This document shows, in pieces, positions 40,644 through 64,000 of a stretch of 64,000 nucleotides of DNA (its first letter is position 1; the number at the start of each line of letters is the position of its first letter). The stretch comes from Tubulanus polymorphus (lineage: Eukaryota > Animalia > Nemertea). The stretch spans positions 10,044,001 to 10,108,000 of the forward strand of contig NC_134025.1 in NCBI RefSeq assembly GCF_964204645.1, in the 5' to 3' direction. The notes under the pieces are model-generated. The model had not been told where the DNA came from, did not search any database, and was given only the letters and a program-made list of their open reading frames with translations. The translations under genes and the position numbers were made by a program.

Positions 40644-43600
40644 ATGAAGTTCCACGATGATGGAAGAGTTGACAAGTCTGCTATAGGCCTACTGCTTTTA
40701 TATGGTAAGTATGTGGTTTGATTTCATAAGCCTGGCAAAATATCCGATCAGATTAGATATTATAACAGGTGCGTTCTTATCAAAGCATTTGGAAGATGCT
40801 ATGGAATAGAATATAATCCAAGATTTCATAACTCTAATTTTCTAAACATTTCTCCAAATTTCAATTTATTTTGAGTTGGAGCCCACCCAAGTTGTGGATT
40901 CATGAAGTTCCTCAAAGAATTTTGGAAATTCCATTGAAATGCTTGTGAAATCATACTCAAAGTATTAAATCCATCTCACCATCCAACCAACTCGCTATCT
41001 TGTATTGTCCATATTTTCAGCCATGTGCATCAGCACAGTTGTTGGGATAAACCATGACATCCTCAAAGAAATCAAAGAACATACAGGTATGATCTACAAT
41101 TCATTATGTACCATAGGCCTATCCGGTATCATCTCCGTCGAATCGAATCAAGTGTCCAAATACTATTCATATATACATGTAGCTGGCCTGTGCATACTTT
41201 ATTTAATAAAAACTCTTCTCAACCCTTTCCGTGCGTAAACACCGCAGTGCGGTGTATGAATCGGTGATGGATTTTGCTAGTACACCGCACTGCGGTGTAT
41301 TGGTGTAATTAGTAATTAGATTTTATCTCTATTGAAAGATGGCAGCACCTGTCAAACATTGTGAAATACTAGTAACCTACGATACATCGCGTCACGGTGA
41401 AGACGCACTATAGTGGTACGCCCGTTATTCAACACACTAGGGCGGAATTTTTCAAAATTTTCAAATTATCTCCAGCACTATAGGGTATTGATTAGTCAGC
41501 ACTGAAAGGGTTAACCAGGATCATGTACTCGGATTCTTCCATGTTTTATCCTCAACGATATTATATATACATGCATTGCTAATAAAAAATCTAAATTTCA
41601 GAGGTTGCGAAACAAATTATTGATATGGCAGTTTACGGAAAATTGCAGAATCAATCTTACAACCGTTTGGCCTTGTTCACTGATACCTTCGGAAACCGAA
41701 TAGCTGGATCTAAGAACCTAGAAAACTCTATAGGTACAACTATTGGCATTTATAACTGAAATTCAAGAAACCCCCATTCAACCAAATTTTTGAAGGCTTT
41801 TCTCATTGAATGTCAACTTTCAGATTATATTTTGAGTAACCTGGCAAAAGAAGGGCTAGAAAACGTTCACGGCGAACCAGTTAAGGTAATGTCACATATC
41901 GTCGATAGAGTGGTATAATGGACTCTAACTTGAAACTCAGTTGTACTGGAACTGATATTTCACTGAGTTTGATACCGTACATGTTTTTCAGGGAAATTGA
42001 ACATCTTTGTCTTGAGTGGCTTCTCGCCTTTTACTTTTTGTTTACTGCATACCTTGAGCCTTCATCAAATATCTATGATTTAAGGGTTCATCTTCATTGA
42101 AAAATAATCTCCGTAAAATCAGTTTTACTGAAATCTGGGCTATACCCCTGTAAAATATACCTACTGCTGCATAAAATCATTGAATTTCTTAATAAATTAG
42201 GTTCCTCGGTGGGTGAGAGGAAATGAAAGCGCCTACCTGATCAGTCCAAGACTCCAAAAATTGCGGTTGTTAGGTCTCGGTGGCAGCGTCGGAACACCTC
42301 CATCGGGTATAACTGCTGAAGTCATCGTAGTACGCTCATTTGAAGAACTGCATCAAAAAGCTGCAGAGGTAGGTGACCATGTAACGTGGAACCTTGTTAA
42401 TCTTGTGGGCAAAAGTGAAATTGTTGTATCAAACAGGCTTCGTAATATTCATCCAAAACTTTAAACAGAATTTTAATTAATGAGGTTCAACTGTATATTA
42501 TCACAAAGATTTCCCGAATCTCACCGAGGTTTATCCACCTGATTATTATTGCACACATTCAATTTTCTATTCTAGGCAAAAGGTAAAATAGTGGTTTATA
42601 ATCAACCATTTGTCAGTTACGGTAAAACTGTAAAATATCGGGATTATGGCGCTGGTGAAGCATCCAAAGTTGGTGGATTGGCTGCGTTAGTTCGTAGTAT
42701 TACTCCCTATAGTATATACAGCCCTCATACAGGCTGGAAAGTGAGTATGATATGACAAGTAAAACTTCGCAATGAGTCGCGAATGAAGTCAAATATAAGT
42801 TCCACAATCACAAAGCTCAAACAAAATAAAACATGAATTCCATGGAAGTGATTCAGTTATATTGCTTATCCAAGTTTGTTCGATATTGTTTCTAGGATCA
42901 TATGGATGGAGTGAAACCAGTTCCAACTGCTTGTATAACTATTGAAGATGCAGAAATGTTGAACCGTATGTACGATAGAGGTGCGTAGATGTATGATTTG
43001 AATGATACAATACACAGAGTGGCCATTCACCTGGAAAACTCAGGGAATCAGAAAATCTAGAAAAAATCAGGGAAAAGTCAAGGAACTTGACTTGTTCTCC
43101 GCAACAGTTTTTAGAGAGGCAGCTACCCCTTTCATTTTTATATCCACCCCTCTGAAAATCAGCCGCCCCTATAAAATATCTGCTGCCAATACTAGATTAG
43201 ATGTCAATATTCTATCAATGCACATAATTGCTTCGAAATGTATTGAGCTAATGTGAAAAGATAGAAGATTTCACCGAAGGATCGAAAGCCTTGTTACTTC
43301 AGCAGCCACGATATCATGCACTTATCAACAAATGCAAGTCCTTTAGAATTCAAGCGTATGGAGAACACTGGCTTCACACCTGGAAATCTCAAGGAACCAG
43401 AAAAATCTAGTTCAAAACAAAGGAATATTTATTTTTCATTTTCAGGCACAAAACTGCGAATACATTTGAATATGGAGGCAAAAAATCTGCCGATGACAAC
43501 ATCTAGGAATATTGTAGCTGAAATTGTTGGACGAGAAAAACCGGATGAGGTATGGCATGTATAGAATTGAAGTACCGGTATGTGTTTACAAACTTAAAAC

Positions 43601-45734
43601 ATGGTTTTATGATGCGCGCGTGTTGATCTGATTCAGGTTGTAATGTTTGGAGGGCATATCGACAGCTGGGATGTGGGTAAAGGAGCCATGGATGACGGAG
43701 GTGGTGCTTTCATCTCGTGGCAGGTTTTATCGTTGATTAAGCAACTAAAACTGCGACCGAGACGAACTCTGAGAATGGTTATGTGGACAGGAGAGGTGAG
43801 ACTGCTGTGATCATTCTTCCCAGTTTTCATGCTGCTACTACAGTTATCTCATGGTTTCATGCAGAAATTTTTAAACAGTTAAGAAGATGGATCAGCTATG
43901 ACATAACTCTTCAGTCTTAGTGCTAATAGCAGCAGACCCAGAACTGAAATATCTTGTGTTTAAGTTGTGCAGCGCACGTGGAAGAATGTTAGAAACAAAA
44001 TTGATTATTTAGGGAACCTAACTATTGAAAATGGAAAATTGTTTTCGTGTTTCCGCAGGAACCGTGCATTTGTGGCGGGCAAGAATATTTTAATCGACAC
44101 AAAATGAACATATCTAAGTATAACTTGGTTATGGAATCTGACTTGGGCACATTCAGGCCTATCGGAATTAATTTTACTGGTACGGCTGATGTCACGGTGT
44201 AGGATCCCTAAATTTGATTTGTCAATGAAGTTATCAATTATCTATCCATTATGATGTACTGCTAAGCTTTTAATCAAACCCTTCTAGACAATGCCTTACT
44301 CAGTAGCATTGGGACAGACTAGATATTGTGTCTGGATACCGGGTTAAGGATGCAAAAAATTGAAAGTCTTTAAAGTACTTTATAGGCTTAGCTAGTTTAT
44401 TTGACGTGCAAGCTTTTGGTACTAATGTATAATGATAGTTGCTTTATCAGGTAAATGTGTCTATCTTAATGAGTCACTAATTCACCTGATGAAGCTTCTA
44501 TACACTAGCAGCGAACGCTTGTGCGTCAAATAAACTAGTTAAACTATGAAGTACTATTCGTCTTGTTGTATTCATTCTACACCAGGTTGACACGGCTCCT
44601 TTTCGAATCATCTAGAATATCAATCTCGGTAAACTTCACAAACTTGAGTTGATTTCCGGATTCCATGTTACTGAGTAAGGAGTCTACTCTATTTGCTTGA
44701 ATTTATTCTAATGATCAATTCTACTTAACAATTTGATGGCATTATTTTGCTCCAGGAGGTTGGCGTGTGGGGAGGACAGCAGTATTTTAATCTGCATCAT
44801 CAAAACATATCCAAGTACAACTTAGTGATGGAATCAGATATTGGTACATTTAGACCAATAGGGATTAATTTTACCGGTATGATTATTCCTTACCGTTCCC
44901 ATCAAAACAAATCAACATGATTATGCACGCTTGGCCCATTTCATAAAAAATACAAAATTCTTGTTTAGTTGCAATTAGTTACTTCATGTTTCCGATAAGT
45001 GCGTCAATTGAATGATATTGGTCATGAAACGGGACCTGTTTTCTTCAATAGAATCTTAATGGTTATAATTCATAAGTCCTGCAGGGTGGATCTTATCACA
45101 TTACCACCCACCAACATAAAACCTGGCCGTAGACCCTTCATTGGTCTATACCACCAGCACAGAGCAAATCTGCTGATGAAAAAAAAAGCATCTGATTGGC
45201 TTGATATATAGACTGGTGGCTAGGGACAACTTTTCTAACCTGCATGTTCATATAATCCTTACAGGTAATGCTCAGGCATATGAAATCATGAAGAATGTGA
45301 TGCAACTGATGTCCCCGATCGGTGCAACAAAAATATCGCCAGGCTACACTGGAGAAGATGCATTATTTTGGGTGAAGGCGGGTGTACCAGGATTAAGCCT
45401 TAACAATGACAATCGCAAATATTTCTACTATCATCATTCAGACGGTAAGACAGTTATGCGCGGCCTTAATTTTAGTCAATCTCCAGATAACCGTATAGCA
45501 TAAGAGCCTGATCAAGGCCTTATATTCATTAGGACATAGGCTTTCTTCACATAGCTTGCGCGTTACATTGTTAGAATACCATTTAGGTATATTCTCTAGT
45601 GAATAACTATTTTCTTAATCATTTCAGGAGACACAATGACAGTGCAAAATCCGCATGAAATGAATTTGTGTTCGGCTTTATGGGCAGTGGTGGCATATAC
45701 GGCAGCTGATTTGACAGAGATGCTACCCAGATAA
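40644..45734 (+). CDS. CPQ: Carboxypeptidase Q (plasma glutamate carboxypeptidase, M28 family with PA domain), 12 coding exons per isoform, 469 aa
   Basis: Hand-spliced GT-AG exons with consistent phases: 40644-40704, 41021-41086, 41602-41733, 41824-41885, 42201-42368, 42576-42740, 42896-42980, 43446-43549, 43637-43795, [44059-44179 OR 44756-44876], 45265-45444, 45628-45734(TAA), total 1410 nt. Protein has a signal-like N-terminus ([29 protein letters not shown]) and CPQ motifs [74 protein letters not shown]|E, MESD, YYHHSDGDTM, and C-terminal EMLPR*. Exon 1 is the least certain. Confidence 0.96.
41223..41510. mobile_element. piggyBac-like MITE in CPQ intron 2
   Basis: CCCTTTCCGTGC ... GCACTGAAAGGG termini, right flank TTAA (left TCAA), with two internal acaccgca(g/c)tgcggtgt palindromes. 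Confidence 0.7.
44059..44179 (+). CDS. CPQ: CPQ alternative active-site exon 10A ([40 protein letters not shown])
   Basis: Acceptor tttccgcag, donor G|gtacgg, 121 nt, phase 0 to phase 1, open frame, 31/40 aa identical to exon 10B. Confidence 0.85.
44374..44555. repeat. ~180-nt inverted repeat in the intron between CPQ exons 10A and 10B
   Basis: agtactttataggcttagctagtttatttgacgtgcaagc pairs with gcttgtgcgtcaaataaactagttaaactatgaagtact, and gctttatcaggtaaat pairs with attcacctgatgaagc. Confidence 0.85.
44756..44876 (+). CDS. CPQ: CPQ alternative active-site exon 10B ([40 protein letters not shown])
   Basis: Acceptor ttttgctccag, donor G|gtatga, 121 nt, phase 0 to phase 1. Matches the canonical M28 EExGxxG pattern. 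Confidence 0.92.
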
Positions 45735-46312
45735 CTTAATATTTTTTTGAAGTAGATATTTTCCGATTCGTAACTGATGTTTTCCAAATATACACAAGAG
45801 TATTTATATAAATTCCAAAGATATAATGAAAATACAATCAAAAGAAAATTTGTTCTTCATTTCTGCGCTGTAGTTTAATAAACCACTTTCATTAAGTATT
45901 TTTTACTCATTCTCCAGAGGACAGAATTTTATGACTAAATACTTTACGGATGACTGACTCTGTTGATTAGCGCATGCCTTTATTTGCTGACAAAATGTAT
46001 GTAGTCTGCATTTCGGTCTGCACCTGGCATCCCTAACCAGTATGGTAATGTCGCAATAATAGAGCTTATTGTTGCACTGATGATCTACACATGCGGAAGC
46101 TAGTGAACCAAGACTAGCCGCAATAGGTCTGGTGATCCTGGCAAGTGCAGCTTATTTCAGCCATGTGAAAACATACGCTTTCATACAAACATCCATAAAT
46201 TCTTTAAAGAGGGTAATTTATTTTGAAAACTGTATTTTATTGACTGCATTTATCTGGCACATCAGATCATTGAACGTTTTGAGACTGGCGCAAAAACTCA
46301 TGCAATGAAATA

Positions 46313-46484
46313 CAGTGGAACCTCGTTACAGCGAATGTTACAGGACCAGAAAATATGTTCATTATAACCGATAGTTCGTTATATCCAGTATGAAATTAAT
46401 TTTTCCTACTGGGGATAAAATTCTATATTTGTAATATCCGATGAATCGTTGTGTATCCGAGTTTGTTACAACGAGGTTCCACTG
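46313..46484. mobile_element. Tc1/mariner (pogo/Tigger-like) MITE between the CPQ and SRP9 3' ends
   Basis: TA-CAGTGGAACCTCGTT ... AACGAGGTTCCACTG-TA. A related copy lies at ~15835-16007. Confidence 0.88.
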
Positions 46485-47016
46485 TAACACTAAAACATGC
46501 AAATCAACATTCATTCATAGGATAATGATTGAAACATTATACAAAATCATTTGACGAAATAGATTAGATGTAAACACAAGCATAATCAAACTTAAAATTG
46601 ATATAACCAAATTTCTGTTTGACAATCGGTTATACTTTTCAGTGGGACTGTCTGCCCTATATAATTCCGCAGTTTCGTGTGAAATTATACCTTTAGTGTT
46701 TTAGCTTGAATGTTCAACTCGAACAATACAATAAAATCTTCACCTTGAAATTTGGTTAATATAAGTTAATCGCATACAAAACTTGTAAATGCATCAGTTT
46801 TACCACTACGGAGGTTAGGTCCATCAAATAACGCTGCACCAACAGAGGAACACCATCTCACTCTGGAAAATGTTACTTAAACACTGATTCAAATATCCAA
46901 ATAATCCTCGCTGAGTCTTGTTAGAATAAATAAGCCATCACCATTTGCTTTCAATTTTGTAAAGTTTGGAGTGTCAGTCTTTCTAAATTTCGAACATATG
47001 TTTCCACGGTCTTATT

Positions 47017-47517
47017 TTATCGCCCCTCCTTTGATGACATATGACGCATTAAATGACTAGTAAAACGTTCCAATTTCTTAACATCTTGAGCATGTTCCGT
47101 TCTGTACATTAAACACTGCAATTAGAGAAAAAAGAGAAATTTTTACGATTAAAAAAATCTTAAGCAAGAAGGCGCCTTTTTAGATAGGCCTACACAAAAA
47201 TAAAATGAAACCAAACTCACTACATGGTTATCAGTTAGTTTCACGGTAAGCTTTCCATCACAATGTCTGTACTTCATAGAAAATCGTGCCTGGAGGAAAA
47301 AAATAACATCCTTACAATATGCTACGCCAAATCGGCGACGGTGACGTACAGTTACATTCAATAAGAATTGCACATGGTGGTAATTATTACGATCGTAAAA
47401 ATGCAGAAAATAACGACACCACAGATGTTTAGACAGACTGAATACCTTCGTCGGGTCCGCGAGATAGAGTCTTTCGGCAGCTTTAGCGAATTCTTCCCAA
47501 GAAGTGATATAAGTCAT
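47017..47517 (-). CDS. SRP9: Signal recognition particle 9 kDa protein, 3 exons, 79 aa
   Basis: Exons 47517-47446 ([24 protein letters not shown]), 47289-47221 ([23 protein letters not shown]) and 47115-47017 ([32 protein letters not shown]), with phase-0 GT-AG introns. Clearly SRP9 (WEEF..AAE.LYLADP, KYRHCDG, AQDVKK). Confidence 0.97.
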
Positions 47518-48020
47518 TGTGGAAACGTAAATTGACGTTGAAATATGGTTCACAAAGCTGGGGAAACCCGGAAGTAAAATCTACCAGAAAAGTAGGTCAA
47601 GTCAGAACTTGGGAATCCAAAATTACGACGGTCACCGATTTACAATTGCGGACAATTTTTATTCGTAAAAAAATATTTCAACCGGATGAAAAATATCATA
47701 TTGTAATGAAACAAAGTGAAACAGACAGTGACTAACTAATTTATGTGTGCAGTTCCCAAAGTTCTGTGCGCATCCGAATGAACAAAATGGCGTCGGACTG
47801 ACAAGGGAAAGTCTTACATTCTCATTTACACCATCCACATCTCTATCAACTGTCTATCGTTTCCCTTGTGTGGATCGCTGATGGATAACTGGATTTGTTA
47901 GGTTTTCAGTAATTTATTGAAGTAGAATATCTGGGTGTACCACCTCTATCGAAAACCGTAGCATATTCTAAAAGACAAACGTGAAAATTGGCCGCTGTCT
48001 AGAAAACTGGATTTGACAGA
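47518..48020. promoter_or_regulatory. Bidirectional promoter / 5' UTRs shared by SRP9 and Ena
   Basis: Only 503 nt separate the divergent ATGs. ETS motif acccggaagt (~47566-47575), NRF1-like tgcgcat (~47767), YY1 motif caaaatggcg (47783-47792). Confidence 0.7.
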
Positions 48021-63938
<15,918 letters not shown>

Positions 63939-64000
63939 GTACGGTGTGTCTGAAAATGAGGATTTGAAGATATAAATGCTACAGTTAGTGCTATGTTTAG

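Noticed and set aside
44486-44527. Active hammerhead ribozyme in the CPQ intron
   Set aside because: It has CTGATGA, a stem II and GTC, but GAAC instead of GAAAC and no stem I pairing. Treated as a degenerate relic.
47149-47553. 134-aa extended SRP9 from the ORF track
   Set aside because: It reads through the 156-nt, stop-free intron 1 and into intron 2 from a non-ATG start. The spliced 79-aa product matches SRP9.
47778-47801. uORF MNKMASD* upstream of Ena
   Set aside because: The strong ATG is part of the YY1 motif and the TSS is unknown. No evidence of function.

Overview
This is AT-rich, intron-containing animal genomic DNA, probably an invertebrate (lophotrochozoan-like repeats and GPCR type, an inference). 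It is not prokaryotic, and most of the supplied ORF track is spurious. Three spliced genes can be reconstructed by hand. (1) Carboxypeptidase Q (CPQ/PGCP, peptidase family M28), + strand, 40644-45734, 469 aa. Its active-site exon is present as two diverged, equal-length (121 nt) tandem copies that can only be used one at a time; this is the most interesting signal in the window. (2) SRP9, - strand, 47017-47517. (3) An Ena/VASP (ENAH-like) gene, + strand, starting at 48021 head-to-head with SRP9 and running off the right edge. The SRP9/Ena pairing recalls the human SRP9-ENAH neighbourhood. Also present are a frameshifted FMRFamide/sex-peptide-receptor-like GPCR pseudogene cut off by a ~164-bp tandem array, an apparently perfect 1.1-kb tandem duplication, a 19-bp minisatellite, Penelope-like palindromes, LINE 3' remnants and many MITEs. 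The first ~35 kb has no recognisable protein-coding gene and may be intronic or regulatory sequence of a minus-strand gene continuing to the left.
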